Translations under genes and position numbers: made by a program
Shown here: piece after piece, positions 11,501 through 18,910 of the stretch
Position numbering within the stretch: position 1 is the first letter of the stretch
Layout of the letters: each line of letters opens with the position of its first letter
NCBI GenBank assembly: GCA_965200965.1
Contig: OZ241744.1
Span: 288,001-352,000, forward strand
Direction: 5' to 3'
Length of the DNA stretch: 64,000 bases
Source of the DNA: an uncultured Candidatus Binatia bacterium
Lineage (GTDB): Bacteria; Desulfobacterota; Binatia; Bin18
The notes under the pieces: generated by a model
What the model saw: only the letters and a program-made list of their open reading frames with translations
The model's database searches: none
What the model was told of the DNA's origin: nothing

Positions 11501-11854
11501 GCACAGGTGGGTGAGCAGATGGCGGCTCAAGTAGATGGCGCGGCTGTCGGTGAGACCCAGCAGCCGCTCAACCAGCACCAGCGGCACTTCGAAGACAACG
11601 CCGTAGTAGCGGTTGTGGGGGGGACCGGGGGGGCGCAGGGTCTCGGTCTCGCCCAGCGCATAGGCGATTGCCGCTTGGCCGCGCCCGTGTTGCAGACCCT
11701 CGTCCACCCCCACCGCGTAATCGTCAAGGACGGCCAAGCCCACCACGGCCAGGACGGCCAGGGCCAGCAGGACACTGTAGGCGGCCACGAAAGCCACCGC
11801 CGCCGTGCCCCAGCCGGCCACGGACCGGGGAACGGAGGGACGCCCGCTGGTCAT
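8555..11854 (-). CDS. GT-C membrane glycosyltransferase, array copy 3, 1099 aa, 4 modules
   Basis: ORF 8555..11998 trimmed to the ATG at 11854 (ATGA overlap). Three internal modules plus the terminal module. Confidence 0.8.
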   Translation of the reverse strand: MTSGRPSVPRSVAGWGTAAVAFVAAYSVLLALAVLAVVGLAVLDDYAVGVDEGLQHGRGQAAIAYALGETETLRPPGPPHNRYYGVVFEVPLVLVERLLGLTDSRAIYLSRHLLTHLCFLAGGGGAAWLASRLFGSRWLALLALGLFVLHPRLYAHSFFNAKDIPFLVAFLGCLALIHRAWQRGGVGAYALCGVGVGVATNLRIMGGGLFVAVVVMRVVDWVRAGNRAERRQVGRTLGVFGLASVLTLYAVSPHLWGNPLELLDAIAVLSQHSHRPTMLFQGEAIRWPDLPAHYIPTWLAITTPPGVLLLSLIGTAGVLWQTLTHPGEWLRNPTTRFEGLLVACVLLPVGAVIVLNASVYNGWRQMYFLYAPLCLLAVAGLRRLAGMCRWPALRAGVHGLAVAGLAGLVIEMVGLHPYQHLYFNRLVDRNTPEYLRGQYSMDYWWTAYREGLEYLFQHYPASPISLAEYSVNWAILPKADRRRIVFADGIGEEVDFHMSSPRDKSRNLPFAPVVYTRQVYNNTIFTVSAIDPTVVDAATAERYRQLYQATTAGRPLLRSAFDLYLDGATLTWVKAPCHPADMRGRFVVDVIPVDPAAAAGRPWWRPGAGREVLHFDFFDYGVRVDGACLLRPPLPPYAIQTLEVRMIAPGDIEHLHVAIEWTPAGVTATERVLNPVVAATAERYRQLYRATTAGRPLLRSAFDLYLEGATLSWVKAPCRPADVQGRFAVDVIPVDPAAAAGRPGWRPGAGREILHFDFSDYGAYFDGTCLIRHPLPPYAIQTLEVRLITPREARVDRWHVDTEWHIEWTPAGVTATERVLNPVVAATAERYRQLYRATTAGRPLLRSAFDLYRDGDTLSWVKAPCHLADVRGRFVVYVVPVDPAAAAGRPRWRPGAGREILPFRFADYGASLDGTCLLRHPLPPYAIQTLEARLITLEGVDRWHVALAWSAAGVRTTDLLEARYRAVVAAPPVARSAFALYLEGRTLTYVKAGCQRADTQGLFFLEVFPRDRAVLAAARRPAGFAVLDFSFDDWWWHAMPHVQQAARFADKCLATVRLPAYPLARLRTGQVAEAGGGWAVDVALPERGGAGRPLPGVSQ

Positions 11855-14800
11855 TGAGGGACTCCCGGCAGGGGCCGCCCCGCCCCGCCTCGCTCCGGCA
11901 ACGCCACGTCCACCGCCCAGCCCCCGCCCGCCCCAGCGACCTGCCCGGTGCGCAGCCGCGCCAGAGGATAGGCGGGCAGCCGTACCGTCGCCAGACACTT
12001 GTCAGCAAACCGCGCCGTCTGCTGCACATGCGGCAGGCGGTGCCGCCACCAGTCGTCAAAACTGAAATCCAGGACCGCAAACCCCAAGGACCGCCGCGCA
12101 GCGGCCAGCACCCCCCGGTCCCGGGGAAAGACCTCCAGGAAGAAGCGCCCCCGCGTGTCCGCCCGCTGACACCCCGCTTTGACATACGTCAGGGTCCGCC
12201 CCTCCAGGTACAGGGCAAAGGCAGAGCGGGCCACCGGCGGGGCCGCCACCACCGCCCGGTATCGCGCCTCAAGCAGGTCGGTCGCACGCACGCCAGCAGC
12301 CGACCACGCCAGGGCAACGTGCCAGCGATCCACGCCCCCGGGGGTGATCACACGGGCTTCAAGCGTTTGGATCGCATAGGGGGGCAGCGGATGCCGGATC
12401 AGACACGCCCCGTCAAGGTGGACCCCGTAATCGGCAAAGCGGAAGGGCAGGATCTCACGGCCTGCCCCCGGCCGCCACCGGGGGCGACCGGCAGCAGCAG
12501 CGGGGTCCACGGGCACCACATAGACCACGAAGCGCTCCAGCACATCGGCCGGCCGGCAGGGGGCCTTCACCCAGCTCAAGGTGGCCCCCTCCCGGTACAG
12601 GTCGAACTCTGAGCGGAGCAGGGGCGGCCCCGCGGTGGTGGCCCGGTAGAGTTGCCGGTAGCGCTCGGCGGTGGCCGCTACCACCGGGTTAAGCACGCGC
12701 TCGGTCGCGGTCACGCCAGCAGCCGACCACGCCAGGGCAACGTGCCAGCGATCCACGCCCCCGGGGGTGATCAGGCGGGCTTCCAGGGTTTGGATCGCAT
12801 AGGGGGGCAACGGATACCGGAGCAGACACGTCCCGTCAAGGGAGGCCCCGTAATCGGAAAAGCGGAAGGGCAGGATCTCACGGCCTGCCCCCGGCTGCCG
12901 CTGCCACCCGGGGCGGCCGGCAGTGGCAGCCGGGTCCACGGGTACCACATAGACCACGAAGCGCCCCTGCACATCCTCCGGCCGACAGGGGGCCTTCACC
13001 CAGCTCAAGGTGGCCCCCTCCAGGTACAAGTCAAACGCCGAGCGGAGCAGGGGCGGCCCCGCGGTGGTGGCCCGGTAGAGTTGCCGGTAGCGCTCGACGG
13101 TGGCCGCGTCCACCGGGTCAGGCACGCGCTCGGTCACAGTCACCCCAGCAGGGGTCCACTCAATGTCGACGTGCAGGCGCTCTATGTCCCCGGGGGCGAC
13201 CAGGCGGACTTCAAGGGACCGGATCGGATAGGAGGGCAGCGGGTGCCGGAGCAGACACGCCCCGTCAACGCGGACCCCGTAATCGAAAAAGTCGAAATGC
13301 AGGACCTCAGCGGCAGCGGAGTCCACAGGCACGACCTCGACCACGAAGCGCCCCCACATATCGTCTGGCCGGCAGGGGGCCTTCAGCCAACTCAAAGTGG
13401 CCCCGTCCAGGTACAGGTCAAACACCGAGCGGAGCAGGGGCGGCCCGGCGGTGGTAGCCCGGTAGAGTTGCCGGTAACGCTCGGCGGTGGCCGCATCCAC
13501 CAGGGCCGGGTCGATCGCGCTCACCGTGAAGATGGTGGTGTTGTAGACTTGGCGGGTGTAGACAACGGGTGCGAAGGAACCGTCCCTGTGAGAGGTCACA
13601 TAAAAGTCCCCCTCCTCCTCCACTCCGTCGGCAAAGATGATGCGACGCCGGGCCGCCGTGGGCAGGATAGCCCGGTTCCTGGAATGCCTCACTAGAGAGA
13701 TGGGTGAGGCGGGATAGCGCTGAAGCAGATATTCCAGCCCCTTCCGGTCCGCCGTCCCTATATCCTCCGTGCCATACTGCCTACGCAGGTACTCGGGCGT
13801 ATTCCGGTCCACCAGCCAGTTGACATAGAGGTGCTGGTAGGGATGAAGCCCAACCATTTCGATGACCACGCCAGCCAGGCCAGCCACGGCCAAGCCATGG
13901 ACACCGACCCGCAGGGCGGGCCAGCGGCACACGCCGGCCAGCCGCCGCAGACCAGCCACGGCCAGCAGACACAGCGGGGCGTAGAGGAAATACATGTGCC
14001 GCCAGCCGCCGTGGATGTTGGCATTGAGGACGATGACGGCCCCAACGGGCAGGAGCACACAGGCCACGAGCAGCCCCTCAAAGCGGGTGGTGGGGTTGCG
14101 GAGCAACTCGCCGGGGTGGGTCAGCCCCCGCCGGAGTACGCCAGCCGCCCCGATGAGGCTCAGCAGCAGCACGCCCGGCGGGGTGGTGATGGCCAGCCAG
14201 GTCGGAATGTAGTGGGCCGGAATGGCCGGCCAGCGGATGACTTCGCCTTGAAAGAGTACAGGAGGACGGGTGGGGTGCTGGGAGAGGACTGCAATCGCGT
14301 CAAGCAACTCCAGGGGATTGCCCCACAGATAGGGCGAGACCGCATACAGCGTCAAGACACTGGCCAGCCCGAACACCCCCAGTGTCCTCCCCACCTGCCG
14401 CCGTTCCGCCCGATTTCCCGCTCGCACCCAATCCACCACCCGCATCACCATCACCGCCACAAACAATCCCCCACCCATGATGCGTAAGTTCGTTGCGACC
14501 CCCACCCCCACCCCACACAGCGCATACGCCCCCACCCCCCCCCGCTGCCACGCCCGGTGAATCAGGGCCAGACAGCCCAGGAAGGCCACCAGGAAGGGGA
14601 TGTCCTTGGTGTTGAAAAACGAGTGGGCATACAGCCGGGGATGGAGCACGAAGAGGCCGAGGGCCAGCAGGGCCAGCCAGCGGCTGCCGAACAGCCGGGC
14701 GGCCAGCCAGGCCGCGCCCCCGCCGCCCGCCAGAAAGCAGAGGTGGGTGAGCAGATGGCGGCTCAAGTAGATGGCGCGGCTGTCGGTGAGACCCAGCAGC

Positions 14801-15147
14801 CGCTCAACCAGGACCAGCGGCACTTCGAAGACGACACCGTAGTAGCGGTTGTGGGGGGGATCGGGGGGGCGCAGGGTCTCGGTGTCGCCCAGCGCATAGG
14901 CGATTGCCGCTTGGCCGATCCCATGTTGCTGATCCTCGTCCCGCCCCACCCCGTAATCGTCAAGGACGGCCAGACCTACCACGGCCAGCACCGCCAGGGC
15001 CAGCAGGACACTGTGGCGGGCCACGAAGGCCACCGCCGCCGTGGACCAGCCGGCCACGCCCCGGGGGACAGCGGTCACGATGATTCTGCCCAGGTGGGCG
15101 GCCATGGAGGTGCCGCCAGCCGTGCCCCGAATGTCAGCCGGCCTCAA
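11851..15147 (-). CDS. GT-C membrane glycosyltransferase, array copy 2, ~1090 aa, 4 modules
   Basis: Start is either TTG at 15147 (TTGA overlap with copy 1 stop) or ATG at 15105. Unique N-terminus; three internal modules plus the terminal module. Confidence 0.8.
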   Translation of the reverse strand: MRPADIRGTAGGTSMAAHLGRIIVTAVPRGVAGWSTAAVAFVARHSVLLALAVLAVVGLAVLDDYGVGRDEDQQHGIGQAAIAYALGDTETLRPPDPPHNRYYGVVFEVPLVLVERLLGLTDSRAIYLSRHLLTHLCFLAGGGGAAWLAARLFGSRWLALLALGLFVLHPRLYAHSFFNTKDIPFLVAFLGCLALIHRAWQRGGVGAYALCGVGVGVATNLRIMGGGLFVAVMVMRVVDWVRAGNRAERRQVGRTLGVFGLASVLTLYAVSPYLWGNPLELLDAIAVLSQHPTRPPVLFQGEVIRWPAIPAHYIPTWLAITTPPGVLLLSLIGAAGVLRRGLTHPGELLRNPTTRFEGLLVACVLLPVGAVIVLNANIHGGWRHMYFLYAPLCLLAVAGLRRLAGVCRWPALRVGVHGLAVAGLAGVVIEMVGLHPYQHLYVNWLVDRNTPEYLRRQYGTEDIGTADRKGLEYLLQRYPASPISLVRHSRNRAILPTAARRRIIFADGVEEEGDFYVTSHRDGSFAPVVYTRQVYNTTIFTVSAIDPALVDAATAERYRQLYRATTAGPPLLRSVFDLYLDGATLSWLKAPCRPDDMWGRFVVEVVPVDSAAAEVLHFDFFDYGVRVDGACLLRHPLPSYPIRSLEVRLVAPGDIERLHVDIEWTPAGVTVTERVPDPVDAATVERYRQLYRATTAGPPLLRSAFDLYLEGATLSWVKAPCRPEDVQGRFVVYVVPVDPAATAGRPGWQRQPGAGREILPFRFSDYGASLDGTCLLRYPLPPYAIQTLEARLITPGGVDRWHVALAWSAAGVTATERVLNPVVAATAERYRQLYRATTAGPPLLRSEFDLYREGATLSWVKAPCRPADVLERFVVYVVPVDPAAAAGRPRWRPGAGREILPFRFADYGVHLDGACLIRHPLPPYAIQTLEARVITPGGVDRWHVALAWSAAGVRATDLLEARYRAVVAAPPVARSAFALYLEGRTLTYVKAGCQRADTRGRFFLEVFPRDRGVLAAARRSLGFAVLDFSFDDWWRHRLPHVQQTARFADKCLATVRLPAYPLARLRTGQVAGAGGGWAVDVALPERGGAGRPLPGVPQ

Positions 15148-17618
15148 GAGCGTGCCCCCGATGAGGCCGGAACGGGCCAGCCCACCTGATCGGCCACAGG
15201 AAATTCAATTGCCCAGACCGACTTCTCGCTGGCGACCTGCCCGGTGCGGAGCCGTGCCAGCGGATAGGCGGGCAGCCGCACCGTCGCCAGACACTTGTCA
15301 GCAAACCGCGCCGCCTGCTGCACATGCGGCAGGCGGTGCCGCCACCGGTGGAAGCTGAAATCCAGGACCGCAAACCCGAAGGGCCGCCGCGCAGCAGTCA
15401 GCACCGCCCGGTCCTGGGGGAAGACATGCAGGAAGAAGCGCCCCTGCGTGTCCGCCCGCTGACACCCCTCTTTGACATAGGTCAGGGTCCGCCCGTCCAG
15501 GTACAGGGCAAAGTCAGAGCGGGCCACCGGCGGGGTCGCCACCGCTGCCCGGTATGTCGCCTCAAGCAGGTCGGTCGCGGTCACGCCAGCAGCCGACCAC
15601 GCCAGAGCAACGTGCCAGCGATCCACTCCCTCGGGGACGAACAGGCGGGCTTCAAGGGTTTGGATCGGATAGGGGGGCAGTGTCCGCCGGATCAGACACG
15701 CCCCGTCAACGCGGACCCCGTAATCGGAAAAGCTGAAGTCCAGGACCTTAACGCTTGGCGTCCGCCGCCGCGCGGGGCGGTCGGCAGCGGCAGCGGCAGC
15801 GGGGTCCACGGGCACGACATGGACCACGAAGCGCCCCCGCACATCGGCCGGCCGGCAGGGGGCCTTCACCCAGGTCAGGGTGGTCCCGTCCAGGTACAGG
15901 TCGAACGCCGAGCGGAGCAGGGGCGGCCCGGCGGTGGTGGCCCGGTAGAGTTGCCGGTAGCGCTCGGCGGTGGCCGTATCCACCAGAGCCGGGTCGCTCG
16001 CGCTCACCGTGAGGATGGTGTTGTTGTAGACTTGGCGGGTGTAGAGAATGGGTGCGAAGGGGAGATCACGGCTCTTGTTCCGCGCGGTGAATGTGTGATT
16101 GATCACATGAAAGTCCCCCTCCTCCTCTATTCCGTCGGCGAAGACGAGGCGACGCCGGTCCGCCTTGGAAAGGATGTCCCGGTTCATGGTGTGTTGGACA
16201 CTGTGATGGCCCGACGCTAGAGAGACGGGTGAGACGGGCTGGCGCTGGAGCAGATATTCCAGCCCCTCCCGGTACACCGTCCCCCAATACTCCATGTCAT
16301 ACTGCCCACGCAGATACTCGGGCGTGTGCCGGTCCACCAGCCGGTTGAAATAGAGGTGCTGGTAGGGATGAAGCCCCACCATTTCGATGACCACGCCAGC
16401 CAAGCCAGCTACGGCCAAGCCATAGACACCGGCCCGCAGGGCGGGCCAGCGGCACACGCCAGCCAGCCGCCGCAGACCGGCCACGGCCAGCAGGCACAGC
16501 GGGGCGTAGAGGAAATACATCTGCCGCCAGCCATTGTAGACGTTGGCATTGAGGACGATGACGGCCCCAACGGGCAGGAGCACACAGGCCACGAGCAGGC
16601 CCTCAAAGCGGGTGGCGGGGTTGCGGAGCCACTCGCCGGGGTGGGTCAGAGTCCGCCAGAGCACACCAGCCGCCCCGATGAGGCTCAGCAGCAGTACGCC
16701 CGGCGGGGTGGTGATGGCCAGCCAGGTCGGAATGTAGTGGGCCGGAATGGCCGGCCAGCGGATTGTCTCGCCTTGAAAGAGCATAATGGGACGGTGAGGA
16801 TACTGGGAGAAAACCTTGACCGCTTCGACCACCTCCAAGGGATTGCTCCACAGATGGGGCGAGACCGCATACAGCGTCAAGACACTGGCCAGCCCGAACA
16901 CCCCCAGCGTCCTCCCCACCTGCCGCCGTTCCGCCCGATTTCCCGCTCGCACCCAATCCACCACCCGCATCACCACCACCGCCACAAACAATCCCCCGCC
17001 CATGATGCGTAAGTTCGTTGCGACCCCCACCCCTACCCCACACAGCGCATACGCCCCCACCCCCCCCCGCTGCCACGCCCTGTGAATCAGGGCCAGACAG
17101 CCCAGGAAGGCGACCAGGAAGGGAATGTCCTTGGTGTTGAAAAACGAGTGGGCATACAGCCGGGGATGGAGGACGAAGAGGCCGAGGGCCAGCAGGGCCA
17201 GCCAGCGGCTGCCGAACAGCCGGGAGGCCAGCCAGGCCGCGCCCCCGCCGCCGGCCAGAAAGCAGAGGTGGGTGAGCAGATGGCGGCTCAAGTAGATGGC
17301 GCGGCTGTCGGTGAGGCCGAGCAGCCGCTCAACCAGCACCAGCGGCACTTCGAAGACGACGCCGTAGTAGCGGTCATGGGGAGGGAGACGCAGAACAGCG
17401 TCGTCGCCCAGCGCATAGGTGATTACCGCCTGGCTGATCCCGCGTTGATCCGGTTCATCCCACGCCACCCCGTAATCGTCAAGAACGGCCAAGCCCACCA
17501 CGGCCAGGACGGCCAGGGCCAGCAGGACACTGTAGGTAGCCACGAAGGCCACCGCCGCCGTGTGCCAGCGGCCTGCGGGCCGGGGGACCGTAGCGCTCAC
17601 CATTCGCTGTTCCAACAT
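15144..17618 (-). CDS. GT-C membrane glycosyltransferase, array copy 1, 824 aa, 2 modules
   Basis: ATG at 17618 with an AGGAG Shine-Dalgarno upstream. DDYGVAWDE motif typical of GT-C loop 1. Unique C-terminal tail. Confidence 0.82.
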   Translation of the reverse strand: MLEQRMVSATVPRPAGRWHTAAVAFVATYSVLLALAVLAVVGLAVLDDYGVAWDEPDQRGISQAVITYALGDDAVLRLPPHDRYYGVVFEVPLVLVERLLGLTDSRAIYLSRHLLTHLCFLAGGGGAAWLASRLFGSRWLALLALGLFVLHPRLYAHSFFNTKDIPFLVAFLGCLALIHRAWQRGGVGAYALCGVGVGVATNLRIMGGGLFVAVVVMRVVDWVRAGNRAERRQVGRTLGVFGLASVLTLYAVSPHLWSNPLEVVEAVKVFSQYPHRPIMLFQGETIRWPAIPAHYIPTWLAITTPPGVLLLSLIGAAGVLWRTLTHPGEWLRNPATRFEGLLVACVLLPVGAVIVLNANVYNGWRQMYFLYAPLCLLAVAGLRRLAGVCRWPALRAGVYGLAVAGLAGVVIEMVGLHPYQHLYFNRLVDRHTPEYLRGQYDMEYWGTVYREGLEYLLQRQPVSPVSLASGHHSVQHTMNRDILSKADRRRLVFADGIEEEGDFHVINHTFTARNKSRDLPFAPILYTRQVYNNTILTVSASDPALVDTATAERYRQLYRATTAGPPLLRSAFDLYLDGTTLTWVKAPCRPADVRGRFVVHVVPVDPAAAAAADRPARRRTPSVKVLDFSFSDYGVRVDGACLIRRTLPPYPIQTLEARLFVPEGVDRWHVALAWSAAGVTATDLLEATYRAAVATPPVARSDFALYLDGRTLTYVKEGCQRADTQGRFFLHVFPQDRAVLTAARRPFGFAVLDFSFHRWRHRLPHVQQAARFADKCLATVRLPAYPLARLRTGQVASEKSVWAIEFPVADQVGWPVPASSGARS

Positions 17619-17883
17619 GCAAGGCGCTCCTGGGCAGAGGACTCTTCATACACCCGAAACGAGGGGCTGTGAAGTTGGGGAGACGGGCTGTACAACAGCC
17701 TGGAGATGAGGGACGGACAACGCCGAAGTCTCGACAATCTGTCGGGTATTGTGTAGGCCATCTCAGACGCCTCTCACTGCCCGCTGTGTCTGCTGTGGCC
17801 GGGGCTGTTGTCCAACAGAGGGGGCTTTTCGGAAAGACAGTGCCCAGATAGGATCAGGGCCACGCGTGGCGAAGGAGAGTCTT

Positions 17884-18906
17884 GTGCAGGATATCCAGGC
17901 GATACAGACGCAACTGGGCGAAGAGTTGGCCGCGGCAACCTCGGAGCGTGAACTTGAAGCTGTCCGGGTGCGCTACCTGGGTCGTAAGGGCGTCGTTACC
18001 CTGTTGCGAAAAAACGCGGATTTTTCACGCATGACCGCGGACGAAAAAAAGCGCTTCGGCCAGCAGTTCAACCAACTCAAAGGCTTTGTCAGAGACCAGC
18101 TTGGCCAGGCCCGGGCCGAGCGGCAGGCCAGTCTCCAGCCGCAATGCAGTATTGATATGACGCTTCCGGGTCTGAATAATCGCAGCGGCCATCTGCATCC
18201 GATCTCACTGGTCCAAATGGAACTGGAAGAGATCGCCCGGGCGATGGGGTTTCGGATTGAGACCGGCTATCACGTCGAGACCGATTTCTACAACTTTGAG
18301 AGCCTGAACATCCCCAGCGATCATCCGGCCCGGGATATGCAGGACACCTACTGGCTGACCAACGGCATGTTGCTCCGGACCCATACCTCGGCCAACCAAG
18401 TCCGCGCCTTAGAAACCTGTGGCGTGCCGCTGCGGGCAATTTTTCCAGGCCGCTGTTTTCGCAACGAGGCCATTGACGCCAGCCACGAAAACACCTTCTA
18501 CCAGCTCGAAGGGCTAATGGTCGATACCGATATCTCGATCGCCAATCTGATTGCGATGATGAAGACCTTGTTGACGGCCGTCTTTCACCGCGCGGTCACA
18601 GTCCGGCTTCGGCCCGGCTATTTTCCCTTTGTCGAGCCCGGCTTTGAGCTGGATATTCGGTGTCTGATCTGTGACGGCCGCGGGTGTGCCACCTGCAAAC
18701 GCTCGAGTTGGGTCGAGTTGTTGCCGTGCGGCTTGGTCCATCCCCGGGTGCTGGAGTTTGGCGGTGTTGACCCCGACCAGTATAGTGGCTTTGCGTTTGG
18801 CCTGGGCCTGACCCGGCTGGCGATGATGAAATACAACATCCCTGATATTCGGCTGCTCAACGCGGGCGACCTGCGTTTCGGTGAGCAGTTTCCGGCCTCG
18901 GTCTAA
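17884..18906 (+). CDS. pheS: Phenylalanine--tRNA ligase alpha subunit
   Basis: GTG start after AAGGAG; motifs HPARDMQDT, LLRTHTS, FRNE, YFPFVEP, GFAFGLG. Confidence 0.96.
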   Translation: MQDIQAIQTQLGEELAAATSERELEAVRVRYLGRKGVVTLLRKNADFSRMTADEKKRFGQQFNQLKGFVRDQLGQARAERQASLQPQCSIDMTLPGLNNRSGHLHPISLVQMELEEIARAMGFRIETGYHVETDFYNFESLNIPSDHPARDMQDTYWLTNGMLLRTHTSANQVRALETCGVPLRAIFPGRCFRNEAIDASHENTFYQLEGLMVDTDISIANLIAMMKTLLTAVFHRAVTVRLRPGYFPFVEPGFELDIRCLICDGRGCATCKRSSWVELLPCGLVHPRVLEFGGVDPDQYSGFAFGLGLTRLAMMKYNIPDIRLLNAGDLRFGEQFPASV

Positions 18907-18910
18907 GCCC

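Larger units (their letters stand above)
1..17618 (-). repeat. Tandem direct-repeat gene array, units ~2.5-3.3 kb, with nested ~0.4 kb module repeats
   Basis: Long near-identical DNA blocks recur, e.g. tgaatcagggccagacagcccaggaagg near 220, 2676, 5147, 8026, 11322, 14558 and 17083. Confidence 0.97.

Noticed and set aside
1-17618. Diversity-generating retroelement as the cause of localized variation
   Set aside because: No reverse transcriptase or non-coding template repeat in the window. Variation includes indels and module-number changes and is not evidently adenine-specific. A remote DGR cannot be fully excluded.
219-17672. Many recurring plus-strand ORFs (e.g. 178 aa, 228 aa, 451 aa, 695 aa)
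   Set aside because: These are antisense shadows of the GC-rich repeated genes. They recur only because the DNA is repeated, and have no recognisable motifs.
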